This document shows, piece after piece, positions 48,133 through 60,081 of a stretch of DNA of 64,000 bases. Each line of letters opens with the position of its first letter. Positions within the stretch are counted from its first letter, which is position 1. The translations under genes were made by a program, and so were the position numbers. The notes under the pieces are model-generated. The model worked only from the letters and a program-made list of their open reading frames with translations. It was not told the DNA's origin and did no database searches. The stretch covers positions 124,001 through 188,000 of the forward strand of contig NMRA01000104.1 in assembly GCA_002633005.1 (NCBI GenBank), written 5' to 3'. The DNA is from Phoronis australis. Taxonomy: Eukaryota; Animalia; Phoronida.

Positions 48133-49932
48133 NAAGGGTGGGCCAACAAGACTAATGTTTGCTGACATACCCGGCCGTATGAGTAATTTCTTCAACTGCA
48201 AAGTGACTTCAGCATATACTAAATTTCATACAGTCAGGCTCCATATTTTTTGTTTAACTAATCAGCCGCCTGAACGCAAAAAGCTGTTATAGTTCAGTGT
48301 TGAACGCGGGAAATCCAAGCTATTCACCTTGCGCGTCTTGTGATCATCATGACGTCATCGTTTGACGAACCACATTTTAAATAATTGAATACATTTTCAA
48401 CATTTTCCAGCCCACGATGACACAATTAACGAGAGAAACTACAATAGAATGTTTTTTTTTGTAATCACAGGTGATGATGTTGTCATCAAACACGGGTTTA
48501 AAAGCGTTGCGTATTTTGTCAAATTTGTTACCACAAAGAAAAACATGAGAAGTTACAATAAGCCGAGATGTTGCCTAACTAGACAGACACAAAAAGTTCT
48601 TAAATCTAACGCTGTAGCCACAGACCTAGTAGAAGTGATGCAATTAATTCACGCTACACAATAACAAATACAATTTGAAAACAACGAAATTTATTTTCTT
48701 TCCAAAATCTATTATTACCGGTACGTCACAGAAATCTTAGGCATACGTGACTGTTGATGCCTTCACCAGTGCTTAACAGGTGGCGCTGCATACAGTACGA
48801 TGTTGAAGACTGACTGGGCTGTGTTTCAAGCGCCCTCACCACGGTTCATAGCAGATTATTCTTGGCGGATCGTGACAGAGTTTCGTATTTTCCCTTTAAA
48901 CTCATTAGATTCCCTTTTATTTGACTGTTCACGACATAATTTTCTTGATGATTTCAGAGTGATTCTCGTATTCTCTTTTTGAAATCACTAGATTCGCTGT
49001 TCAACCACACTTTACCATCCTCAAGATGGCGTTATTTTGACTCAGACAATTCGAAAAATCCACGGAACTTATGAAGACTGTCTGAAGGAACTACGAGAAA
49101 AAACATACGTTACAGAAAAAGGAAACCAAAAGCCAATTGCAGGTTGCTGGCTTATTAACATAAACCAACTATAAATGTTTGCTTAGAAATAAATACTTGT
49201 TGCATACGAAGCATTTGGGAATGTTGCATTCAAGTTCATCGGGTTCATCACGTCCTCGACATATATTTAAAACGACTAATAACATAAACTAACGGATGAA
49301 TACAGATTTTTTGCAAAACACTCAACGGAAAGGTTGTTGCCACAGTAATAATATTAGCTAAGCATTGTGGACTGAATCTTTGCAAAAGATTTAGTAGTCA
49401 ACGAGATGTATGTAAATGATGGCGTTTTGTACTACAATGTTGACGAACTGTTCAGCGGTTAATTAAATTAAAGATGTAACAAAATATGAAGTTAGAGAAT
49501 ATTTTGTATAGAAAAAATGATGAATTGACAACAACATATAAGTCTAATACTTTCACTATCTTTGTGGAGTTGTGTAAAGGATCCGTACGGACATTGAAAT
49601 TATTGGATAAGACGATTCATTTTTTCTGTAATTTAAATATTGTATGGTGACCATCCTTCAGGTCATAATTAATATGAAGCAACATTAGGTTATTATAAAA
49701 GGATATCATAGTTTCAAACGTAGGAAATGTTGAACGTTATTCAGAATATTGCAAAATCGGTTTTAGCTCCGCCAGGGATCTAGGGATTGCAGATTCGATT
49801 CCGGGCTAAGGCTGATCTCAGAAAATTACCTTTCTCGCCAATAGGAGCACTCTACTGAAAGGGCAAAGAAGGCGAGGTGATGCAAGACATTAATTTAACA
49901 ATGATCATAAAACTGATTGTAAATGAACGATT

Positions 49933-50330
49933 TTAAAACACGGGGCAACGAAAGGAACCTGACATTATCTTGGCAATTTTCATGATATCTGTGTGTGAAG
50001 GCTTGGTAAGAAATCTAAAATGGTTAAACACAACACACAGCGGTTCAATTAATAAATTGCTCAAATATTTTGTTATTTTCATGGGTAGGCTATGATGGCC
50101 ACAGATAACTTTAGCTGACTGAGGATCAATTACTGTTCTGCTATCAAGAAGAGAAATCAGATAACAAACTAGAAAGACCAAATGTGACGTAGAATATAAT
50201 TCATAGCAACTATATGAGCCAATTGTCATAGTGCTTAAGTATTTATCAAACCATTTGAAATCTCGACCTCATCTTATGCAATCTATCTCATAATTAATAT
50301 TTCATTTTGTTGGATAATTTCTGTTTAATG
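49933..50330 (-). mobile_element. Decayed CR1/L2-like LINE fragment
   Basis: IEPLCVVFN...KIAKI resembles the PLxxIFN...KxAKV segment preceding LINE reverse transcriptases. Confidence 0.5.
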
Positions 50331-51641
50331 AATTGCTTAGCTCTTTCTAAGTATATGCATTCTCCATTATGCTTGGAATGAGGTGGTGTATCCAATCTAC
50401 AACGGTTATGCATTTTTGGAGAACTCGCGTTTTCACGTTCGCGATGTTCAAATTGATGCTAAAACGAGGCATTATGTCATAAACAACACTGCACAGCAAT
50501 CATTTGTGCAGCGCCACCAAAGTGTGCAAGTGATAAATTTGAGGCCGTAGTTAGCTGAGCCTATCAGTGATTTTCAAAAGAATTGCATTATCAGCTAGGA
50601 CAGTGATTTTCCGGTGTGGCTTCATCGCGGAATCGAACCTTCAACTCCGCTGGTCCCAGCCAACTACTCTGCTCAGTGGAGGAATTAAATCCAACTCAAG
50701 TGTTAGTCTGGTAAATGAGCTAGAATTGGTTTGGTAGAGTATTTCAAGCGTATTTATCTGGTAAAGTCACCAGGTTTGATTTGAACCATAGAAGTACCCA
50801 TAGTTCTGTGATTTCCGAATGTCTTGTCGAAAACGGCGAGAATAGGCGATTGGTAAAAAATTTACAAAAACAAATTTTGTTGTGTTGTAGCTTGTCTTAG
50901 AGTTCACCAATTTCCAAACGGTTTTCCTTCCTTTGAATGTCAGGTAACTAGTCTAAAATATGCATATGAACAAGTGACATTTAAAAAAACTTCCAGCATC
51001 CGCTTTTATAGCTGCATTAATTATCGTCCAAGCCTAGTATGTAATGCAGGTGACCGACACAGAGAACGGTAACCAACGTTGAACGGCATAATTTGTTGCC
51101 CCATGCCGAGATCTAAACTGTGGAATAGGTCTCATTGACTTGTAAATGCCTCTTATGTCGCAATGAAGCATTCAAAACGTTATGTCTTTCTTCATTGTAA
51201 ACCTACTCATTAGTCGCCGCAACAGCAATAACCTTTGGAAAGTGCACAATACGTAATCAGCGTATACTCAAAGCATTATTGCCAGCGTTGACAATAGCAA
51301 TCCGCAGTGCAAAACATTCGGAACTCTTAACCGAAGGCCACAGACAGCACTCGACATTATCCAATCACTGTCATTGGTAACTGGGTGTGTTTGTAGGCTC
51401 ATCCCGGTGTGACATATGATTACTTTGTCGGCTAATCCACGTCCCGCCAGTGCATTACAACGTAACAGGCTGAAAAGGGTGGTTTAATTCCGGACTTCAT
51501 CGTCATGATGGAATAACCGAGGCAAGTAATGAAGTTTCCCTGATTTTCAAGCTTATTGTGTTCTAAACAACTGTAGAATTTGATAGATAGTTACACATTT
51601 CTTTGTCTGAAAACGAGCCGAGAAACATTGAAGTAGTTTAA

Positions 51642-52168
51642 AGATTTGTAGGACCCAAGGAAAATGGATAACATCGGAACATCATACCTAGCTCATACAT
51701 GGCTGACCGGATTCTTATGAAACTTTCTGACGCTATGCTTTATGAGCTGTTCTCTGAAGATATTCGTATGGTACAAGTAGGAACGACAGATCACGTGACG
51801 TGATCAACACACGGCTTGTGAGAAGTCTAATAATTCTTACTGAGATGCTATTAGGATTTATTCTTTAAATATTCCCCTTTTGCACGAATAAATCGAAAAC
51901 GAAGCGATATTTTAGAAAACTGCAACAGCGTTTTTGAGATCGCACCTTGAACATTTGTATCAAATAAAACCGGATCAGGTAAGTGATACCGTTGTTTTGC
52001 TATCAATGTACCTTCCTTTCTTGTTAAGTTTTACTAAAAAGATATGGTAACGTGCCTCAATTAATGGCAAAATAACGAAATGTGAAAAATTAAAATTTCA
52101 CTTTCACGAAATACATACTACAGATATTTGTTTAAAATACAGACTTGACAATAAGATCTTACGTAACC
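51642..52168. mobile_element. Kolobok-like MITE, second copy
   Basis: Shares tgtaggaccc, ttttactaaaaagayatgg and tacgtaacc with 30555-31050. Confidence 0.6.
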
Positions 52169-52345
52169 TCAAAATGCAATTTTACGGAGCCTGAGTTGAT
52201 TGGGTCCGGTGCACGTGTATGTGATTAGTCGGCCAGTTCTTTTGTCCACAGAGAAAAACACAATTTTGAGGAAATAACGACCGCTAGAGTTGTAAATCTT
52301 AACGATATCTCCGTGTCGGCGGAGACGACCTGTAGGAGCAAATAT

Positions 52346-52443
52346 AAATAAGTAAAAGAAAATTTACTGACAAGATTAGATATGAGTGCAAATAGAAATA
52401 AGTAAAACAAAATTTACTGACGAGATTAGATATGAGTGCAAAT
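52346..52443. repeat. Two-copy tandem repeat, about 50 bp unit
   Basis: aaataagtaaaa-aaaatttactgac-agattagatatgagtgcaaat occurs twice. Confidence 0.85.
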
Positions 52444-52785
52444 GAAACTTTTAAACCGATCGATAAAGACGCTCCATATGTGAAATTACGCATGGCTCAG
52501 TGAGTATGAATGTTGGTTTAAAATTGATTTTGTTTAATAATGAACAAAGTGCATGTTCTCATGAGTAACCTTAAAGTGTTGTTGACATTACAGGGAAGGC
52601 GATCCGCCGAGGAACGAAAAAACATCAACAAAGAATTCATTTTCAATACCTGGGTCTTCTTTGATAGTATTAGGCCTACTTGTTTTAAAGGAGCTCCAGG
52701 TCTTCAATTGTGAATTAATCAGAATCGTTGTTTTCAAAACGGGAATGTTATTAAGAATTAGATCTGAAGCAGACGAGAATCAACC

Positions 52786-53928
52786 ATGGCTGCTGCGACC
52801 GAAATTGGTGAACTTATGCGAACCAGTATGAACACGGTGGCCAGGATATCGGAGGAGAAGAAAACCATGAAGTCACAAGAATACGCTTCGATTAGGCACG
52901 TCGTGCCAAAAAGCAAAATATCTCGAGCAATATTACACGATAATACGAGTCGCGATCGAGTACTTGAAAAACAAATAAGACGTTTAGACTTGAGGTGTCA
53001 CAGGTTTCGCCTTGCTCAGGAGCAAAACATGCGGACATTTATGCACGTGCAGAAACGGAAAGCAGGAAAGTGGCGGTCAGATGACGAAACGCGCCTGAAA
53101 GCCATGAATCTACCAGTCTTGAATGAAAATGTGGACCATCGCCCATCCGGTGCGGAGATAGTTTACCGAAATCCTCGCTACAACGTCGAACCATCTTTAC
53201 CTATTTACGTACCACTTAGAGAACAAATGTCAGTTGATATTCAGCGCACGGAGATCATCAAGTTCCAAAGCCAGGCTTTCTTGGCGCGATTACCATCTAC
53301 GATAGATATCCCACAGCAGAAAATGAACAGATACGATTCTTATCGGGGCAAAAATAGATTGACTGAGCATTGGGCAGTCACAGACAACCGTTTTCAAAGA
53401 CTCACGAGAACACTGGTTCCTGCTGAAAGCCTTACCAGTAAAAAGTTGGAGATACTGGGTAAATATTTGAAACAATCTAACGACGAAAATGAGGAGTCTG
53501 AGTCCGTCTCCAAAGAGTCATACGATGGATGCCCTAAGCAGGTGTTGCCATTAATTTTGCCGAAACGTTTCACTCCTAAAATAAAATTTAAGCAGCCTGT
53601 AACGGAACTTAACGCCGAGCAACCAACACTCGATCAGGTTACACACGATGATGTCCAGCAAGAGACAGGGAAAACTAAAATCATGACAGATGTGAAGAGT
53701 AAAAGTCTTCGTGAGCTGTCGCACAACTATGGGTTTATAACAACGGGCAAGACGAAATCGTTGCACGGGCCTGTGAAAGACTCTGCTACAACAGGAATCG
53801 CACGGGAAAGGACAGAGATTGTTCGCCCACTCAAAGATACGACGGGCTGTGGAAACGGAGAAGATGAGAGGATTCGTTTGCCTACTCTACAGTTATATTT
53901 TGCAAAGCGAAGCAATACAATTCAATAA
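52786..53928 (+). CDS. Uncharacterised basic protein with N-terminal coiled-coil-like segment, 380 aa
   Basis: accATGG Kozak context; upstream acceptor at 52593; helical stretch RDRVLEKQIRRLDLR...QEQNMRTF; TDNRFQRLTRTL motif; repeated LPx[LI]. Confidence 0.75.
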   Translation: MAAATEIGELMRTSMNTVARISEEKKTMKSQEYASIRHVVPKSKISRAILHDNTSRDRVLEKQIRRLDLRCHRFRLAQEQNMRTFMHVQKRKAGKWRSDDETRLKAMNLPVLNENVDHRPSGAEIVYRNPRYNVEPSLPIYVPLREQMSVDIQRTEIIKFQSQAFLARLPSTIDIPQQKMNRYDSYRGKNRLTEHWAVTDNRFQRLTRTLVPAESLTSKKLEILGKYLKQSNDENEESESVSKESYDGCPKQVLPLILPKRFTPKIKFKQPVTELNAEQPTLDQVTHDDVQQETGKTKIMTDVKSKSLRELSHNYGFITTGKTKSLHGPVKDSATTGIARERTEIVRPLKDTTGCGNGEDERIRLPTLQLYFAKRSNTIQ

Positions 53929-56900
53929 AGCAAGGAGAGAGGGAGAAACAGAGAAAAAGGGGGTGGGGGGAGTGTGCAACCGCGAAAATTTAAAATTAAT
54001 GCACTGCGTATCAATTAAAGATTAAAAGCAAACGTAAACAAAATAACTCAAAAATGAAAATAAAAAGGAAAATTGGCAAATGTATAAAATTACAAAAAGT
54101 AAAGAGAGGTTTTTTAACTTTTTGAGGCGTTGTTTTTAATTATATATTGAAACGGGAACGATACGATCAAGTAAAGCTCGCCAAAATACGATGTGTTGAA
54201 TAAATTACCTACAGAATGCAATCAGAAATAACGAGAAGAATGTATGGGACGTAACATACGTTGATGCACTGAATATGTAAACGGGTTACGTTTTAGATTA
54301 AACATATTTATTATTGCATGTAATCAGCACATATGTAACAATTTTCTTCTTCGCTCTGTTCAAAGTAATTGTATAACGTGAATTCGTTGGATGTTGTATA
54401 TTTGTTGAGAGTGTGAACTCTAATCAGAATTTTTTTTTGAAAGAACATTTACTAGAAATGGAAGGTGTGTGCGGTAATCGTGATTTTCATGTTTTGAATA
54501 ATTGCTCTATATGTTATTATTTTGAATATATAAATGAATTTAGGGTTCTTTGTTGTTTACTGTCAATTGGCAAAATTTCTCAGCTGACGGAATGAGCCAA
54601 ACAATATCACATTACAGTATTTCTCCGAGCCAGTACACAACTCGTAACGATCATACATAACAGATCCGAAAGATAAAAAAGTTTGAGGTTAATCTGTTTT
54701 ATTCATTATAGCAAATACGTTTTGATTCATGCACGTTCTGTGAATTTATCTATTTTTGACGTACAGGTCCGAAGGAACACGGTCGGATTAGAAGCTGGTA
54801 AGAAATTTCACAATGACACGAAGTCTCTGTGGGGGGTGTTTTGCGTTTTTCGGACGAACACAAAAAAGTGCTATCAAGAATTATTAGCTTTGTAGTAGAA
54901 AAAATTGCCAAAAAAAAAATCCGCAAACACTCCTGATGTAATTCGACAAAAAACGACTAGCACGCACTGCGAAGTAAATGAAGAAACAACAGTGAGATAT
55001 ACCTCCAGCAAAATCTACTAGTTTCGAATATGAGTGCGGAGTCCAATGCGGCAATGTTAGCTCGTGTAATCCACGCAAATAGCGCCACATTACAAACACA
55101 TATAATGAAAGGACGTCAATCTCACGCTAAAACTTTACTTGTCACTGAATCTGAACGTGTAGTGAAAAGTCTCAAATCAACCGAGTTATCATGCTGTATG
55201 TGTCTGTCAGTCAATCAGCCGGTGATTTCCGGTATCCCGCTTTTTACGAAAAGAGAAGTCGATAGGTCCGAGTCTGATGGGAACTCCACATCAAAAACGT
55301 GACCTCTGCGCTGAGCGGTCTATAGAAGAAAGAGAAATCGTCTATTTTCAGGTGATTTTTCTTTGCAACTTTGGCTGAAATGTCTGGACCCCTTCCCTAG
55401 ATCCCCCTTTGCCCACTGGCAGTCAGTCTGTCACTTCTCGGTGACTTTTTCCAGTCTAAATAATTGGATAATTTGCCAAGTCGTGTACTGGACTGCCTTT
55501 GTCAGATCGAAAACTTCACAAGTAAGTTATCAAGCGGATTCGATCAAATGGTAAGCTTTCAAATAACCAACAAAGCTGAGGCTGAGAACATGATTGTTGG
55601 AATAAACGCACGAAGTCCTTATAATGACAATTCCTGAAGACATACATGACACGTCATTATATAGCTCTGTCCTCTACACTGTATGATGGCGCAGACTATT
55701 GTTTCGCATGACGCTTTTTCTAGATGTCAAAAATCAGAAAACCGCTTCAATCATCTTTCCATTCTCGACTCCTAGTGTTGTAACACATTGTGGCACGCTA
55801 CACCTACAGCCTCGCCCCCAAGCCTCAAGATGGCGCTAGTTTGGCTACACCTATCGCCGTCCAGGCGACATTTATGTGTTTGGCATTGTCCGCACTGGCA
55901 ACATATTTTGCTGTTGGGATCAATCACCTCATTGGCAATTATTGACAAAAAAGAATTTTAATCTTACGTAATCAGAATCAGAATATGAATATACTCAGTT
56001 ATTAATTGATTGCCTTATTCTGAATTCATTTCATTTTCCCTATTCGACGAGGTGCTAACTGCAGATGATAAACCAAAAGGCTGACAAGACGGAATGTCCC
56101 AAGTCAGAAATTAGGTTTTTGTACATGTGACAAAATTACACGACGTTGTGCAAGTTTGTCATAGGCCTACAAGGATTTATGTTTGATATTACATCGTCCG
56201 CATCGTCCGTCAGAGGTCGCGCGCACCCTAGGGTTGTTAATGCAACGATTGTACGTTAAAGGAGTAATAAACCACACACCTTTCTTCCAAATCAGTCTTT
56301 GATTCAGGACACTCTCATTCTCTTTCTTACTCAGATTAGAAATGATTCTTTTGGTGAGAAGAATTACTGATAGGCGTTGATACCAGTCCCAAGTTGTTCA
56401 TGAGTCGGCATCACTGAGTTACAGCTGGGTCCAAGGCAGTATGACCATTCAGTGAATTTCAAGAGATTTATTACAACTTATTTCATTTCAAAGTACATGA
56501 AGACCATGATACTTTGGAAAAGCACATACTGAGACAGTGAAGAAAGTCTAAGCTTTCCATCACCAGAACATGGTTTGCAGTGTCCGCAGTAAAAAGCCGA
56601 AAATTTGCGTTTTGGTTTCTACTAAAGCTTGGTCTTTCCAATGACATGCCCACAGTTGCGTCCAACACACTGTCACATTCCTATTACGAAGTAATTTACG
56701 CCAATGAGTTGTTAATGCTGTGCGTACGACTGTGTTTTGTTGGAACATTTCCGGTTCCGTCTTGGTCATCGAATGTCATCTGATACGATACATTGTCTAA
56801 GATCATCCAGCGTTAGGTATCCATGCTCTTTTTGAAAACTGGCTACAAGTTCTAGTTTATTTACACTATCACAGTATTGCGCATAAGAAGAGAAGTGTCC

Positions 56901-58221
56901 CATCTATAAGTGAAGAAAAACGGGAATACCCAATCTTGTGATGTAGAGAACACTGCAACTGAAGCGTGTTAATACTTGGATTCGGACATGGCTGGATGGC
57001 AGAAACAGTCTGAATTCAGATATCTTTCCAGCTCTAGCCTTAGAACTGCTTTGGACAGCCTATCGAACTACATGCCAAGAGTTTTTCAATAAGACATTTT
57101 TGGGTGTTAAAATCGTGTTACAGAACATTTCACAGTTGCGTTTTGGCTTAGACCTACTGCAATTGTACAACCTTTTAATCCAGATATTCAACCCAGTTGT
57201 CCCGTTTTTTCATTATCGAATGTTGGTCGTGACAGCTACGCAAAATGTGTTCAAAATAACATTGACTCTTTGTTATGAATACTATTTTCCAGAGTTCACT
57301 TTGTTGAGTAACATGGCAATCGTAAAAATGTGTTCCAATGACTCTTGTTTACGGTAACATACACTCATGTACAAAGATCACTAATTTTTACTTCTACAGA
57401 AAATCCTACACTGCAACCAATATACAGAGCTTTCCACAGTACATTTCAAAGCTATACAATAGATGGAGTTTGTCCATTTTCATCTATCAAAAACCTCTCT
57501 ATGTAGTTGGAGTACGTAATTATTTTATAGTATATTTTATATCATATTTTTGTAAATGCCACTGCACCCTGAATTTTACTGAAGACCTCAATTGTATAAA
57601 GCGGCACCAAAGATCCACTTAATATGCTAAGATGCGTAATTTTGGATGTATGCCTGACTAAATTCTTCATAGCAACTGTGAGGGATCCATGTTCTAAAAA
57701 TTTTGCTTAAGTGTACAAATCTTTTGAAACGTTGAAATTATTTCCTTGCTGGCTGAACTAGTCACTTACGTAGCCACCCTGGTTCATTACCTTTTTAGGT
57801 TATTATTACACCACGTTATTTTTCACATTTTGGCAACACTCTTAGATTTTAGAATTAAAATGGTTACTTTTAAACCTATCAGGTTTGCGAAATGATAAAT
57901 GCACGCCCCTAGCCTAAAAATAGGGGGCTCGAATTTTTGGAAATGTGGACCTTTTACTAAGGATCACAGGTTGCGTTTAGAGTTATGAATGTACCGGGTG
58001 GGTGTTGGAGTTTGACACTTTACTGAAACATGTAATGAAATTAGTACCACAAAACCCAGCGTGAAAACAAACCACTAAGTGCGTTTGGTTATCTTGCAAT
58101 ATTCATTTGAAATTAGGACGCTAAAAAGCTAATAACTTGATTTCCATACATTTTACTTTGTACACCTTTAACAAATGATAAGTATGTGGCACACTTAGAA
58201 CTACATGTCATAGCAGGGTAC

Positions 58222-60081
58222 TTAGGTTTGGACGAAAACGTTTGCATCTTTGCCAACTGAACTTTCTGCACGGCAGATGAATCCTTTATAATAAGCAGGG
58301 ATGCTTTTCACGGAGACGTCGAGGTTGTTTGTGTTCTCACTAGTTCTTCCGTACTGATCAAGCGAGGCTTTCTTTCGGTTGTACAAAATTGGAAGTTGAC
58401 CTCCTTGCATATTGGAGACATATTCCCAAGACACGTCTGGAATGGGATCTCCGGACGCTGCGCATCTCAGCTGTAGCGTATCGTTCACCAACCGGACTCC
58501 AGTCTTGCTAGAGATGATGTCGGGCTTCACGCACGAGAAGTCTACGTCACTGGTTTCATACAACACAGATTTGGTATGGGGCGTTCTGCAGTAAAGCGCT
58601 GATCCTCGCCTAAAGTAAGATTGTTTTGGAATCGCTTTGAGCCAGGCTACTTCACAGTTACAGTGAATGGGGTTGCCATAGATGCTGAGCATGTCTAAGT
58701 TGGAGAAAACGGGCTGAAGATCTTGCGCACGGAAGGTGGGAATTTTGTTCATGCTCACATAAAGGCGTTTGAGTTCTTTGAAGGACTGGAAATGGCTCGC
58801 TTTGATTTCGGTCAGTAAATTCCCACCCAGAACAGCCGTTACCAATTTGGGTGACTTCAATAAGCCCAAGCTATCTGGTAATACTGAAATTCGGTTGTTG
58901 CTTATATCAAATTGGGATAAGTTCGGCAAATCCATGTGCTTTGGAACATCGTAAAATTTATTGAACGCCAACGAGAACGTTTGAAGACTCTGTAACTCAC
59001 TAAAGACTGCGCCATCCTTCATATCAAGCTCATTTTTACGAAGCGAAAACCAATTGAGCCTTTTCATAGGTTGCAAAGACAATGGAGTCACTTTCGAAAT
59101 CTTGTTGTCAGACAGATCGAGCATTTCCAAACTGAAGAGACCATCGAATAATCCATTGTCGAGTTGTTTTACTTTGTTGCTGTGCAGGTCAAGCGTCGCC
59201 AGCTTTGCCATGCCAAAAAATCCCCTCTTGGCCAGCTCCGGTATATTATTCAAGTATAATCTCATCTCTTCAACGTTGCTGAGATATTGAAACATTCCTG
59301 GTTTCATTCGCAAATGATTTGTATTCAAATCCACCATTTTCAAAGACGTCAATGGTTTGAATAAATCGGGATCAAAATCCGAGATCCTGTTGCGACCTAA
59401 GTAAAGCTTAGAGAGACTTCCTAGGTCCTTGAAAGCTCCCGGGTGAATGGTGTGTATTTTGTTATTGTACAACCCAAGATAATAAAGGGACGTCAGTCCT
59501 GAAAAGACAAATGGGTGTATTTCTTCCAGTCTGTTGTTTTCAAATCTTAACCACGTGACACCTCTCAAATTTATGAAGGCATTACCGCCGGGTATTACTT
59601 GGAAGGAGTTATAACGGAAGTCAAGTGTTTCAAGTCCATCGATGCCAATGAAGGGTCCGTTGATGTCTTGTATTTGATTGGAAGTCAAGATAAGAGACTT
59701 TAACTTAGGGCACCCAACAAACGAAGTGCCGTCAATAATTTGCAAATGGTTATTGGACAAATCCAAGAATTCCAAGTTTTGAAAGTCATCAAAAGCGTAT
59801 GCTGCAATATTGTATAGGCCGGCGGATTTTAAAATCAGCTGCTCTAGTTGTCTCATGGCGGATAACTTTGCTGACGTCAACTCCCAGAGTAAACAGTCTA
59901 TACAGTAAAACCTCAAAGTGCCACCAGGGATGCTGGAAGGAAGATCTTGCAACCCTTTGCACCTGATCTCACGTGATGCAGTGTTACAGGTGCACCCTGG
60001 TGGGCATTGTGAGAAACATCGCGACGCGAGAACAAACGCCAGGAACAACAGCAGGAGGTGCCTGCTTCCGGTTGTTGCCAT
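58222..60081 (-). CDS. Signal peptide + LRRNT + many LRRs + LRRCT + Ig domain protein, 619 aa
   Basis: MATTGSRHLLLLFLAFVLA signal, CPPGCTC LRRNT, tandem LxxLxLxxN repeats, GNPIHCNCEVAWL LRRCT, LRCAASGDPIPDVSW...FICRAES Ig domain. Acceptor tttgcag at 60092. Confidence 0.93.
   Translation of the reverse strand: MATTGSRHLLLLFLAFVLASRCFSQCPPGCTCNTASREIRCKGLQDLPSSIPGGTLRFYCIDCLLWELTSAKLSAMRQLEQLILKSAGLYNIAAYAFDDFQNLEFLDLSNNHLQIIDGTSFVGCPKLKSLILTSNQIQDINGPFIGIDGLETLDFRYNSFQVIPGGNAFINLRGVTWLRFENNRLEEIHPFVFSGLTSLYYLGLYNNKIHTIHPGAFKDLGSLSKLYLGRNRISDFDPDLFKPLTSLKMVDLNTNHLRMKPGMFQYLSNVEEMRLYLNNIPELAKRGFFGMAKLATLDLHSNKVKQLDNGLFDGLFSLEMLDLSDNKISKVTPLSLQPMKRLNWFSLRKNELDMKDGAVFSELQSLQTFSLAFNKFYDVPKHMDLPNLSQFDISNNRISVLPDSLGLLKSPKLVTAVLGGNLLTEIKASHFQSFKELKRLYVSMNKIPTFRAQDLQPVFSNLDMLSIYGNPIHCNCEVAWLKAIPKQSYFRRGSALYCRTPHTKSVLYETSDVDFSCVKPDIISSKTGVRLVNDTLQLRCAASGDPIPDVSWEYVSNMQGGQLPILYNRKKASLDQYGRTSENTNNLDVSVKSIPAYYKGFICRAESSVGKDANVFVQT

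Noticed and set aside
49765-50680. tRNA genes suggested by B-box-like motifs near 49790 and 50630
   Set aside because: No cloverleaf; likely SINE remnants.
56400-57650. Coding-like stretch with Cys pairs on the minus strand
   Set aside because: Multiple stops in all frames and no family recognised.
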